NCBI GenBank assembly: GCA_043822385.1
Contig: JBDRBT010000014.1
Span: 164 to 64,163, forward strand
From: Candidatus Micrarchaeota archaeon
GTDB lineage: Archaea > Micrarchaeota > Micrarchaeia > Norongarragalinales > Norongarragalinaceae
Direction: 5' to 3'
DNA length: 64,000 bases
The notes below the pieces were generated by a model. It was not told the DNA's origin and made no database searches. It saw only the letters and a list, made by a program, of their open reading frames with translations. Positions 1 to 8,293 of this stretch are shown here, piece by piece; the first letter of the stretch is position 1; each line of letters opens with the position of its first letter. The position numbers and the translations under genes are program-made.

Positions 1-1203
1 AGCCTTGTTAACAATCTTTGCGTGACCCCTAGCTGTACCTGGAGAAGCAGGCGAACCATGCAATTCCTTTACGTTAAAATCAGTTTCTTCAACAATAATT
101 TTGTCCTTGAGTTTTAAAGCCTCGTCACCAACATACGCGGCGTCGCCATTCTCGTTAATTAAAAAAGAAGAGAATTTAACGCGTTCTCTAGCTAAAGCAG
201 AATCAAAAAAACCATTCATTAAAGCTTGCTTCACTTCACTCAACGTCAAATGCCTAACTTGAATTTCATCCAACCCAATCCTCTTACTTATTTCAGTAAA
301 CAAACCACGCGTCCAACAAGACGCTTGAAAAACCACGTCTTTACGCAACAACTTCAAGAACGAGAAAACACGCGCAACCTCAAACCAGTACGAGTCTTTT
401 TCAGTTAAACCAAGTAATTCAGCGTATTCAACTTGCTTTCTTTGAGTTTCCCTAGTTTTTTCCCTTAATTCCAAAAGCTTTTTTTCAGCGTCTATGCCTT
501 GTTTTATCTCGCTATCAATAAGTTCAATGAAATACGCTTCATCCAAAACAACGGGTCCGTCATACTGAAATTGAAGCCAATCGTATTCTAAAGCATGCGA
601 CTTAATCGAGTTCGTTGCAGAAGAATCTTGTTGAATCAATCTAACTAACTTAAAGAAATCTTCCTCTTGCTTCATTAAAGGAGATTTTTCTAAAGGCATG
701 GTTAAAACCGCGAAAGCTTCAGCAACAGTTAAATCTACATTACGGTCATTAATGCGTTTTTCTAGCAATTCAGTTAATTGAGAAGAAAACAAGTAGTGAT
801 CAAAATCAACCACATTAGGCAAGTGACCCCAAGTATTCATTTCAACCCAACTCTCGTAAAGCTCTTCAAAAGCACTAGCTAACTCTTCATTAGAACATTT
901 AGACCAGTCTCTCTCGCGGTAATCAAGAATTTTCCGTTTCAATAAATCAATAAATTCCCTGCTTTTTTTGTTAACTAGACTGAAAAACTCCGGGTTTTCA
1001 AGGGAATCTAAAACTTTACGGCCGTGCTTCAAAAAAATTTCTTCTTCAATGCACCACTGCCAGTTCCTATTTTCAAAAACCAGTAACCAACGAGTTGGTT
1101 CTTCACTAATTAAATCCGCTATACCCGTGCAAGAAGCTCGACAGTAAGCAATAACGTGAATCATTGGACTACCATAGTCCTTAGCAATGCACTTAAACCT
1201 CAT
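1..1203 (-). CDS. PEP-utilising enzyme family protein (PpsA/PPDK-like), N-terminal part; continues beyond left edge
   Basis: Minus-strand frame is open from ATG (cat at 1201-1203) to position 1. It is absent from the ORF track because no stop lies in the window. Translation starts MRFKCIAKDYG and reaches ...ELHGSPASPGTARGHAKIV, which resembles the entry into the phosphohistidine swivel domain of PEP-utilising enzymes. Confidence 0.5.
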   Translation of the reverse strand, partial: MRFKCIAKDYGSPMIHVIAYCRASCTGIADLISEEPTRWLLVFENRNWQWCIEEEIFLKHGRKVLDSLENPEFFSLVNKKSREFIDLLKRKILDYRERDWSKCSNEELASAFEELYESWVEMNTWGHLPNVVDFDHYLFSSQLTELLEKRINDRNVDLTVAEAFAVLTMPLEKSPLMKQEEDFFKLVRLIQQDSSATNSIKSHALEYDWLQFQYDGPVVLDEAYFIELIDSEIKQGIDAEKKLLELREKTRETQRKQVEYAELLGLTEKDSYWFEVARVFSFLKLLRKDVVFQASCWTRGLFTEISKRIGLDEIQVRHLTLSEVKQALMNGFFDSALARERVKFSSFLINENGDAAYVGDEALKLKDKIIVEETDFNVKELHGSPASPGTARGHAKIVNKA

Positions 1204-1205
1204 TT

Positions 1206-1400
1206 CTACCCCAACCTGCCTAACGGCTTGGAAATAGAGTCACTCAAGTGCGTCAAGGAATTCCTTGAAAAGTAAACCACTACAACAAACAACGCTATCA
1301 ACGAAGCTTCATCCAAGCTATTCAATAGCAAAAAGAATGACTCGCGAACGTCCTCCAAGAATACTACTGCTAAAATCAACGCTGCTTCGTACCACTTCAT
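1206..1400 (-). CDS. small membrane protein, hypothetical
   Basis: 76-aa ORF in the track. The internal ATG at 1400 (MKWYEAALILAVVFL...) avoids overlap with the upstream gene. Hydrophobic segments are present; no recognisable family. Confidence 0.3.
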   Translation of the reverse strand: MKWYEAALILAVVFLEDVRESFFLLLNSLDEASLIALFVVVVYFSRNSLTHLSDSISKPLGRLG

Positions 1401-1407
1401 TTCAACA

Positions 1408-1821
1408 TCACGTTCCTTCCGCGCTAATGTCTTCAACAGGCATTAATACCGGCCTCATTTCGAATTCTTGCCAGTTAGAGTACGTAGCTCCAGCTTGCCA
1501 GTACCAAAAAACCGCCAAGCAAAGAGAACCAATGAAAGCTAAACTATTCAATTGACCAGTAGCCCCGTCAAGCAAGCCAGCTAAAAAGAACAAAGTAGCC
1601 ATGCCAGCTAGACCGCTCTTTATGAAATTAGCGTTAACTTTAAGCATTACTTGATGGTATTCACTAACAAGTTCAGCTTTAGTCTTGATTACTTCATGAT
1701 TCTTGCGTAACTCGTCAACCTTTACAGGGTAATTAAAGTGCTTTGGCTGGCTTAGTCTAGAGAAGCCAGGAGCGAAAGACCTCAAAAAGCCTTCAGGGTA
1801 ATACCTAGTGTAGTCAGTCAT
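1408..1821 (-). CDS. two-TM membrane protein, paralog A of tandem pair
   Basis: 137 aa. Soluble N-terminus with AELVSEYHQVM, then two hydrophobic helices, then a Trp/Tyr-rich tail (WYWQAGATYSNWQEFE). Same layout as the neighbouring 148-aa ORF. Confidence 0.5.
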   Translation of the reverse strand: MTDYTRYYPEGFLRSFAPGFSRLSQPKHFNYPVKVDELRKNHEVIKTKAELVSEYHQVMLKVNANFIKSGLAGMATLFFLAGLLDGATGQLNSLAFIGSLCLAVFWYWQAGATYSNWQEFEMRPVLMPVEDISAEGT

Positions 1822-2264
1822 ATCATTCCCCTCCCTTGGTTCAACACGTAAGCATTGTGCGGAAGCATTTTCACTGGATCGTGCTCGTAATCAGTCCAGT
1901 CTCCAGCATAGCCACCCCAAGCATTAATCCAGTAGTGAACAGCTAAAGCAGCAGTCAAGCCAGTAACTAAAATAAACTCTATAGCGCCGGTAGAAGAATA
2001 AAAATCGTACAAATAGAAAGACGCAAACAAGAAAACAATTGAAAAAGCAATCTTTTTGTAAGTCTTCTTCATTAAAGCGTTATAGTTGTTAACTAACTCT
2101 GCGCGAGTACCAACACGCCACAAGGAATCCATTGAAACCCTATTCAAGTTAGCAGTGTTGTTTTTCCTCTTGAATTCCTTAGCTGGAGGCATAAAACTCC
2201 ATACTCCAGCGCCTTGCTTCCTCAATACTTCATCTAAAAACGGAATAGTCATATCCTCAATCAC
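1818..2264 (-). CDS. two-TM membrane protein, paralog B of tandem pair
   Basis: 148 aa. AELVNNYNALM, two TM helices, tail HYWINAWGGYAGDWTDYE. ATGA overlap with the downstream paralog at 1818-1821. Confidence 0.5.
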   Translation of the reverse strand: MIEDMTIPFLDEVLRKQGAGVWSFMPPAKEFKRKNNTANLNRVSMDSLWRVGTRAELVNNYNALMKKTYKKIAFSIVFLFASFYLYDFYSSTGAIEFILVTGLTAALAVHYWINAWGGYAGDWTDYEHDPVKMLPHNAYVLNQGRGMI

Positions 2265-2266
2265 CC

Positions 2267-2292
2267 TTGTTACTATATTTCAGTTGTAACAA
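2267..2292. promoter_or_regulatory. inverted repeat TTGTTAC-N12-GTAACAA in divergent promoter region
   Basis: TTGTTAC at 2267-2273 and GTAACAA at 2286-2292. The reverse complement of 2267-2276 is ATAGTAACAA, identical to the decamer repeated at 51532 and 51562 next to the second TrmB gene. Confidence 0.35.
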
Positions 2293-2318
2293 TATTATTT
2301 AGCTAAGATATAAAGATT

Positions 2319-2340
2319 TGTTGTAAGCCAGCTTACGACA
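2319..2340. promoter_or_regulatory. near-perfect 10-2-10 palindrome upstream of TrmB gene (candidate operator)
   Basis: TGTTGTAAGC-ca-GCTTACGACA with one mismatch between arms. It sits just upstream of a TTAATATA TATA-like element (about 2344-2351) and ATG 2373. A further TGTTGT half-site lies at 2357-2362. Confidence 0.35.
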
Positions 2341-2372
2341 GATTAATATAGATCTTTGTTGTCAGGATTAAT

Positions 2373-3128
2373 ATGATGGAAGGACTAGCGCAATTACAGG
2401 GAATCGGCTTGACTAAGAATGAATCAATCATTTACTTGTCTTTATGCGGGCTAGGACCTGCTAACGCGTCGTCAATAGCAGAAAAAAGCGGAGTCAACCG
2501 CACGCTCGTTTACGACACTCTAAAACGCTTGATAGAGAAAGGTTTTGTCAGTGAAGTAGATATAGACAAGAAAAAATTGTTTAAAGCAGCCGAGCCAACT
2601 AAACTCAAAGCGTTAGTGGAAGAAAAACAAAAAACTATGCTCGAAAGCATTACCGCCCTTATTCCAACGCTTGAAGAAAAATACGCTAAAAACTCTAAAC
2701 CAAGCGTTCAAACCTTTACTGGCTTAGAGGGATTAAAAACGGTTTTTACTCAAGAAATAGAAGACTTGCCTGAAAACGGAGTTTTGAAGGTTTACCGCGT
2801 ACAGCCCGGCGTTGCTAGAAAATCCCCTATCTTCATGTCTTGGTGGCACAAGAAGAGAGCAGCAAAAAACATTGTTTTCAAGGGAATAATTGATCGTTCT
2901 CCGGACGCATTCAAGCGCGGGAAAGAACTAGAAAAAACGGTTTTGACTGAAATAAGATATTTAGAAGAAACCCTGCCTTCCCCAGTTACGTACCACGTTT
3001 TTGGTAATAAAGTATCAATAATGGCCATGGCTGAAGAAGAAAGCTTAGGCATTATAATAGATAGTAAAGTCGTTGCTAAATCACTTGAAGAAAACTTTGA
3101 CTTCATTTGGAAAAAACTAAAACCATAG
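2373..3128 (+). CDS. TrmB-family transcriptional regulator
   Basis: N-terminal winged HTH typical of TrmB: GLTKNESIIYLSLCGLGPANASSIAEKSGVNRTLVYDTLKRLIEKGFV. It is followed by a coiled linker and a C-terminal domain. Confidence 0.8.
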   Translation: MMEGLAQLQGIGLTKNESIIYLSLCGLGPANASSIAEKSGVNRTLVYDTLKRLIEKGFVSEVDIDKKKLFKAAEPTKLKALVEEKQKTMLESITALIPTLEEKYAKNSKPSVQTFTGLEGLKTVFTQEIEDLPENGVLKVYRVQPGVARKSPIFMSWWHKKRAAKNIVFKGIIDRSPDAFKRGKELEKTVLTEIRYLEETLPSPVTYHVFGNKVSIMAMAEEESLGIIIDSKVVAKSLEENFDFIWKKLKP

Positions 3129-3160
3129 TTTATTAATAATTAAGAAAAAAAGAAAGTATT

Positions 3161-5056
3161 ATGGCAAAACCACGCTCTTACCTACAAACAACCAGGTGGG
3201 TAAACGCCTTAGTAAAAGAAGGCAAACTACCCTGGATAAAGGCGCTTCCGTTAGCCACTCACCAAGAATTCAGCATTAAAAAAATAAACCCCTTAACTAC
3301 AGAAAAACTAGCGGTAAAAACAGATTCACACTTAAATGAATTCAAGGGGACACACGCAGACTATTTCAATACCATAACTACTGACGAATTCACAGCTTAC
3401 TTGATTCATGCAAAAAAACTACCTCTAGGAAAAGCACTTTATGAAGCAACCATCTCAAAAAAAATATCGAAATACTTCAAGCCAGAAGAAATAAAATCAT
3501 TCATTATAGGAAACTGGGCTAGTTGGAAAGCAAACCAGATAACTAACGATTTGTTTAAAAATAATTTGTGTAGAGACCGAGGAAATAAGGAAAAAAAGCA
3601 AGAAACAACCAAACACTTGAAGATGGAATTAATCAAAAGTATTTCAGCATATCACAAACCAATAATAAATCTTAATACGATTTGGGGTGGACACAAAGAC
3701 GGGGGCAATGCAGACCACCTAGATGAAATTGCTTTAAACAACTTGCATAAAATAACTGAAAAAATAAGGGAACACGGCATAAATGCTAACGTCAACTTGC
3801 TTTTCGCTGACTTTCATGCAGACAAAATAAACAAGAAAAACCCTGTAGAAATAAAAGAATACCACAAAGACATTCAAACTCTAGCTGCAAATAAGGGCTT
3901 TACTGTAACAAAACTAAGCGACTTCTGGCTAACACATAATCCTTACGCTAAGCAAGGGGAAAATCCTGAAGAAGCTAAAGACAGCCTAAACAAAGCAATA
4001 ACCGCAATGAAAATACTCGAAGACGAAGGAATAAGCGCTATTAAAACAAAAAAACATTACAGTGGAAGCAAACAACCGGAAGAAGCGTTCGCAGCTTACA
4101 CTACTATAAGAAATATGGAAAACAGTTTATTGGAAAAACACGCCGAACCAGGAACAATCTTTTTGTCATTCAGTAATCCAAGACAAAAAGAAACAAAGGA
4201 AAACGAACCTGAAAACACTATTCACTTCAGCCCCATCGGACACAAGGAAAACGACTTGCCGTGGTTTACTAAAGGAAAACCAATTGAGATAAAATCAAGA
4301 TTAGACGAAAAAGAAAAACGCAAACTAACTGAACTAGCTGAAGACCCTATTAAAGAAAAAGAAAAAATAGTTGATTCAAAACGAGTTGGATTCACAGACT
4401 GGCGGGTTCTAGGAACAAAAATAGGCTTGCTGTTGCTAGCGGGAACGCTTACTTTCGGCGGAAGTGCTTCAGCAATAAACCAGCACTACCAAAAACTCGT
4501 GAAACAAGAACAACAAAAACAAGAATTAATCATAGCGCAAGAAACAGCAAAAGACGCGAGAATTAAACACGAACTAGAAAAAGTCGGAATAACGCACCCG
4601 GACTGGATTAAAGCAATGAAAACAAACAAGAACGTAGTAAAAAATTATTCTTTCCTAGATCCACTAACTCCGAAAGACCTAGTTCAAATTAAAAAAGTAG
4701 GGAGCGCATTCGGCCAAGGCAGCCCAACTACAATTAACCTTGCAATGCCTTTACTAGTAATGTGGAATAACCACCTATCCGCATCCAGTGACCCCAAAAG
4801 TGCGTTAGACTGGGAAAAAACAGAAATAGACGCTGCAGCAAGAGTCTTAGCTAAGCAAGTCGGGTCAGATGGATTTATAGTAAACGATGTTTACCGCCTT
4901 GCAGAAGTCATAAAAGATAATAATAGGGATCCAGAATTCAGGAAAACCATGAACATACTTTCAGAATACGCTAAGTACGGAATATATCCCTTCGATGAAC
5001 CAGTAATTCCAGATTGGATGAAGGAAATGGAAAAACAAAAAGCAAAAAAGAAATAG
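3161..5056 (+). CDS. large orphan protein with one central TM helix
   Basis: 631-aa ORF, Lys-rich. Hydrophobic segment GTKIGLLLLAGTLTFGGSASAI near residue 425. No family recognised by eye. Confidence 0.6.
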   Translation: MAKPRSYLQTTRWVNALVKEGKLPWIKALPLATHQEFSIKKINPLTTEKLAVKTDSHLNEFKGTHADYFNTITTDEFTAYLIHAKKLPLGKALYEATISKKISKYFKPEEIKSFIIGNWASWKANQITNDLFKNNLCRDRGNKEKKQETTKHLKMELIKSISAYHKPIINLNTIWGGHKDGGNADHLDEIALNNLHKITEKIREHGINANVNLLFADFHADKINKKNPVEIKEYHKDIQTLAANKGFTVTKLSDFWLTHNPYAKQGENPEEAKDSLNKAITAMKILEDEGISAIKTKKHYSGSKQPEEAFAAYTTIRNMENSLLEKHAEPGTIFLSFSNPRQKETKENEPENTIHFSPIGHKENDLPWFTKGKPIEIKSRLDEKEKRKLTELAEDPIKEKEKIVDSKRVGFTDWRVLGTKIGLLLLAGTLTFGGSASAINQHYQKLVKQEQQKQELIIAQETAKDARIKHELEKVGITHPDWIKAMKTNKNVVKNYSFLDPLTPKDLVQIKKVGSAFGQGSPTTINLAMPLLVMWNNHLSASSDPKSALDWEKTEIDAAARVLAKQVGSDGFIVNDVYRLAEVIKDNNRDPEFRKTMNILSEYAKYGIYPFDEPVIPDWMKEMEKQKAKKK

Positions 5057-5095
5057 AACTTTCTTTGATTAATTTTTCTTTCTAAGAAAAATTAG

Positions 5096-5266
5096 TGGGG
5101 ACGCCGAGATTCGAACTCGGATCTTCAGGTATCTTCTTTGCTGCTCTTCACGAAATCAGAGCTCCAATAATCTTATCATTCTCCTTTCGGAGTCAAAATA
5201 CCTATTTTTTATTGTTTTTATTACAAAACTGGAGCCTAACATGCTGCCAGGTTATACCACATCCCC
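5096..5266 (-). tRNA. tRNA-Trp(CCA) candidate with 98-nt intron after position 37
   Basis: Read on the minus strand. The acceptor stem is GGGGATG/CGTCCCC (7 bp including one G-U) with discriminator A. The T arm is CCGAG-TTCGAAT-CTCGG. The anticodon stem is TTAGG (5' exon) paired with CCTGA (3' exon). The loop is CTCCAG|intron|A. Exons are 5266-5229 and 5130-5096, giving a 73-nt mature tRNA with no encoded CCA. The D stem is weak (GTAT/GCAT). Confidence 0.7.
5131..5228 (-). ncRNA. tRNA intron with box C/D-like architecture (C, D', C' boxes and guide to anticodon loop)
   Basis: Minus-strand elements: C-like ATGATAA (5179-5173), guide TTGGAGCT (5167-5160), D' CTGA (5159-5156), C'-like GTGAAGA (5151-5145), and a further CTGA at 5128-5125 that lies in the 3' exon. 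The guide pairs with GGCTCCAG of the 5' exon. A CTCC-GAAA-GGAG hairpin precedes the C box. Confidence 0.45.
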
Positions 5267-5330
5267 GTTATTAGAATAATATTCTGTGCAAGCAACTTAA
5301 AAATCATTCCAGCACTTACAGTAATACAGA

Positions 5331-5990
5331 ATGGCTACTTTAATTGGTGTTGACGAGGCAGGACGCGGATGCGTAATCGGGCCGTTAGTGATTTGCGCGT
5401 TTAAAATAAACGAAAAACACGAAATAGAATTAAAAAAAATGGGCGTGAAAGACTCTAAACTATTGGCACCAACAACCAGAAACAAGTTATACAAAGAATT
5501 AATCAAAAGCAAACACTGTTTGCGCATTATTCCAGCAACTGAATTAACTGAGTTAATGAACAAAAAAATTTCTTTAAACGAAATCGAGGCAATAAAAATA
5601 GCGGAGTGCCTGCAGGAACTAGACGACAACGAGACAACTGCGTTCATTGATTCTCCTGACGCGAACCCGAAAAAGTTTGCTGAAAGAATCAAACGGCTTG
5701 CGCCAAACCTCAAGATTAAGATAATTGCTGAAAACAAGGCGGATGTAAACCACTTGGTTGCGAGCGCAGCTTCAATAATAGCTAAAGAAACGCGCGAAAT
5801 GGAAGTAACAAGAATAAAAAAATTGGTTGGCGACTTTGGTTCAGGTTATACATCTGACGGGAAAACAATTGTTTTCTTGAAGAAACATTACGGTAAAAAT
5901 AAAGCGTTGAATGAATTTATTCGTGAAAAATGGAGTACTATAAAGAACTTGAAGACAACGCAAGTAAAACTAGGAAATTACTTTAAGTGA
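5331..5990 (+). CDS. rnhB: ribonuclease HII
   Basis: N-terminus MATLIGVDEAGRGCVIGPLVICAF is the classical RNase HII catalytic motif. Length is 219 aa. Confidence 0.9.
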   Translation: MATLIGVDEAGRGCVIGPLVICAFKINEKHEIELKKMGVKDSKLLAPTTRNKLYKELIKSKHCLRIIPATELTELMNKKISLNEIEAIKIAECLQELDDNETTAFIDSPDANPKKFAERIKRLAPNLKIKIIAENKADVNHLVASAASIIAKETREMEVTRIKKLVGDFGSGYTSDGKTIVFLKKHYGKNKALNEFIREKWSTIKNLKTTQVKLGNYFK

Positions 5991-6337
5991 GCTAACACTG
6001 CATGCACTAAGTCATCGTGCTTCAACTTAGAAAACCCGTTTACTTGTTCAACATGCTCTGGTTTAACGCGATTAGTTCTAATCAAAGTTTTTAACACTAA
6101 AGACTTTTCAGCTAGGTTCACGCTATGATCAACTAAAGGAGCATATTCCGAACTTTTTAGTTTTAATTCCTCTCTCAATTCAGAAGTATGTTCCGCGCCT
6201 AAAGAATTTACTTTTGCACTTAAAGCTTCAATTTTTTCTGTATTCAAGCCTTTAAGCTTAAAGGTAGTGGTGTGAAAATCCATTTTATGGCCTTCACTAA
6301 CATAACGCGTTTTTGAGTGTTCGCCTTTCAATGCCAT
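5978..6337 (-). CDS. hypothetical protein
   Basis: 119-aa ORF convergent with rnhB (13-nt overlap). No recognisable motif. Confidence 0.4.
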   Translation of the reverse strand: MALKGEHSKTRYVSEGHKMDFHTTTFKLKGLNTEKIEALSAKVNSLGAEHTSELREELKLKSSEYAPLVDHSVNLAEKSLVLKTLIRTNRVKPEHVEQVNGFSKLKHDDLVHAVLAHLK

Positions 6338-6416
6338 TCAAACCCCCCTTTAACAAAAGTAGTTCAAGCAACCTTAAAACTAATGGCATTAAACAAAAAA
6401 AGGGGAGGAAAGAAGC

Positions 6417-7112
6417 TTAGAAGAGTTTTTCCAAGTCTTTTTCTTTCTTTCTAGCTACTCTAGCTACTGAGTCCTTCAAGCCCAAGCCAATTGCTATTGC
6501 TAAACCCAAGCCAATAGCCAAGCCTAAAGCGCCTAACAGTATAGCGAAAGAATTCTCAAGAATCGACACGTTTGCTTTAGGAATCAATAAAGGTAGTGCA
6601 ATAACTATTCCAGAGTAAGCAATGAAGACTTCAATAACCCAACCAACTAGCTTGGCGAAAGGAATCTTTGACATTTTAATGTGGTCAGTAATATAGTCTC
6701 CAGCTACTAAAGCAAGCACGAGTATAGCTAATCCTTGCAGCAAGTTGCTGAACGTGTAAGCAAACAACCAACTAATCAAGGGATACAAAAAGAATTCAGG
6801 TCCAGCTAAGCGCATTGCGGCACTGCCACCAATGTGCAAGAAAATTATTAGTGTAGACCACTTCAAGAGTTTAGTAAAGAAGTCAGTGAAAGTAAAACCA
6901 AGTAAAGCATCATGAATATGCCTCTTGCGCAAGCCTTCCTCAAACTTTACGTGTTGGAAAAAGTGTTTTAGGATATCTACAAGCCAGTTAGCAACAATCC
7001 AGCCAATGCCAAAGGCAATTAACACCATCAGCAAGCCGCCTAAATCAAATAAAAAGTTTTTCGATGCAACTCCAAGCTGCAGCATTACTTCATTGTATAT
7101 AGATTCCAACAT
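6417..7112 (-). CDS. integral membrane protein (conserved-TM-helix / mechanosensitive-channel-like)
   Basis: 231 aa with about 5-6 hydrophobic helices, a Gly/Ala/Ile-rich C-terminal helix (GLAIGLGLAIAIGLGLKD) and a charged tail. Confidence 0.55.
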   Translation of the reverse strand: MLESIYNEVMLQLGVASKNFLFDLGGLLMVLIAFGIGWIVANWLVDILKHFFQHVKFEEGLRKRHIHDALLGFTFTDFFTKLLKWSTLIIFLHIGGSAAMRLAGPEFFLYPLISWLFAYTFSNLLQGLAILVLALVAGDYITDHIKMSKIPFAKLVGWVIEVFIAYSGIVIALPLLIPKANVSILENSFAILLGALGLAIGLGLAIAIGLGLKDSVARVARKKEKDLEKLF

Positions 7113-7212
7113 TATCCAATCACTCCTCTAAACTTAATCGAAGGTTTAAAAACATTACCCTTGAATCCTTTTTAAAACTACCCTTCACTATAGAGGAAAA
7201 ACAATCTTCCAC

Positions 7213-7533
7213 CTATACCTTTGTGTTTTCGTTCTTGCGGATAGTGTTTTGCAACAGGAAGCAAGAGTAATTAATCAAGTCAATCAACGCGTCAACGCGA
7301 TTTTCGTAGAGTTCTTCATTCCGATTGTGAATAATGAAGTACTCCATTCGGTTTAACTTGAGTTTCATAAACGCTAGCAACTCCCAGTCTTCCTGGTCCA
7401 TCCAGTTGTTGTCGTAAATCTTTTTCCTCTGCGCTCTAACGTCTAATACTCTCTGCAGAACATCTTGAGTTTCAGTGAAATTAATTAACTCCATTATTTT
7501 TTCAGTTTGTACTTGTTTTTCCACGCAAACCAC
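7213..7533 (-). CDS. hypothetical helical protein (possibly DUF1599-like)
   Basis: 106-aa ORF. The pattern KKIYDNNW...KLKLNRMEYF...DALIDLINYSCFLL is reminiscent of DUF1599. The assignment is tentative. Confidence 0.4.
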   Translation of the reverse strand: MVCVEKQVQTEKIMELINFTETQDVLQRVLDVRAQRKKIYDNNWMDQEDWELLAFMKLKLNRMEYFIIHNRNEELYENRVDALIDLINYSCFLLQNTIRKNENTKV

Positions 7534-7622
7534 CTTAAATAATTAAGCGAAAAAGCTTTTAAATTCAATAACACAAGTTTGTAATACTGTTTTTTAAAGT
7601 TTAATTTAGAGGTTTAGTTTAA

Positions 7623-8015
7623 ATGGTTCAATATCACAAGACAACTAAAAGCAAGCAATCTGGTTCGGGCGGAAAGAAAAGAAAAACTCGAAACAAAGTG
7701 TTAATTCACTATGGTGGCTTCTTTTCCAAGTCAAGAGTAGCTAAAGAAGGACAAAAACAAGAATTAACTTCCTTTAGAGTACTCGGCGGAAACAAGAAGA
7801 CTGCAGCTAAAACAATCACGTTCGCCAACATTTCAGACGGCAAAACAGTCAAAAAAGTAAAAGTATTAAACGTGGTTGAAAGCCCTGACAACAGGCATTA
7901 CGCTAGAGAAAAAGTGGTTACTAAAGGCTGTTTAATTGAAACAGAAGCTGGAAAAGCCCGAGTAACCTCAAGGCCAGGGCAACATGGCGTAGTAAACGCT
8001 ACACTCGTAAAGTAA
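7623..8015 (+). CDS. rps8e: 30S ribosomal protein S8e
   Basis: 130 aa. Basic N-terminus with KSKQSGSGGKKRKTRNK, and a C-terminal ARVTSRPGQHGVVNATLV typical of eS8. Confidence 0.85.
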   Translation: MVQYHKTTKSKQSGSGGKKRKTRNKVLIHYGGFFSKSRVAKEGQKQELTSFRVLGGNKKTAAKTITFANISDGKTVKKVKVLNVVESPDNRHYAREKVVTKGCLIETEAGKARVTSRPGQHGVVNATLVK

Positions 8016-8074
8016 CCAAAAGGCTTATAAAGCTAATCGTGTCCTTATAGTATTCCCCTAATGGTTTTTACGAA

Positions 8075-8293
8075 ATGGATTTTAAGGTGTTATTCAAGAC
8101 TAGAAAAGGAAATGTAGTTCTCGAATCCAGTGAAAAACAAGGAATCGAGAAGAAATTATTGAACCAAGCAAACCAAAAGAAAGCAATGATTTTCGATACA
8201 ATCGGGTCAATAAAAAAGCCATTTTACTTAGCTAAACCCTTAGATGAAAACGTCGCGGGAGTATTAACGAGTTTGAAGGTTGATAATAAATGA
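8075..8293 (+). CDS. H/ACA RNP component Gar1-like protein
   Basis: 72 aa. The core AMIFDTIGSIKKPFYLAKP matches the Gar1 pattern (v.dvFGPv..PY..vKP). ATGA overlap with the tfb start. Confidence 0.5.
   Translation: MDFKVLFKTRKGNVVLESSEKQGIEKKLLNQANQKKAMIFDTIGSIKKPFYLAKPLDENVAGVLTSLKVDNK

Noticed and set aside
5125-5145. Second guide plus D box of the tRNA intron as a Um39-type guide
   Set aside because: The 11-nt sequence upstream of this CTGA has no complement around position 39 or anywhere in the tRNA, and the CTGA lies in the 3' exon. Only the D' guide to C34 is supported.
5297-5737. 146-aa minus-strand ORF
   Set aside because: It is antisense to RNase HII, which has an unambiguous catalytic motif. 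It is a shadow ORF.
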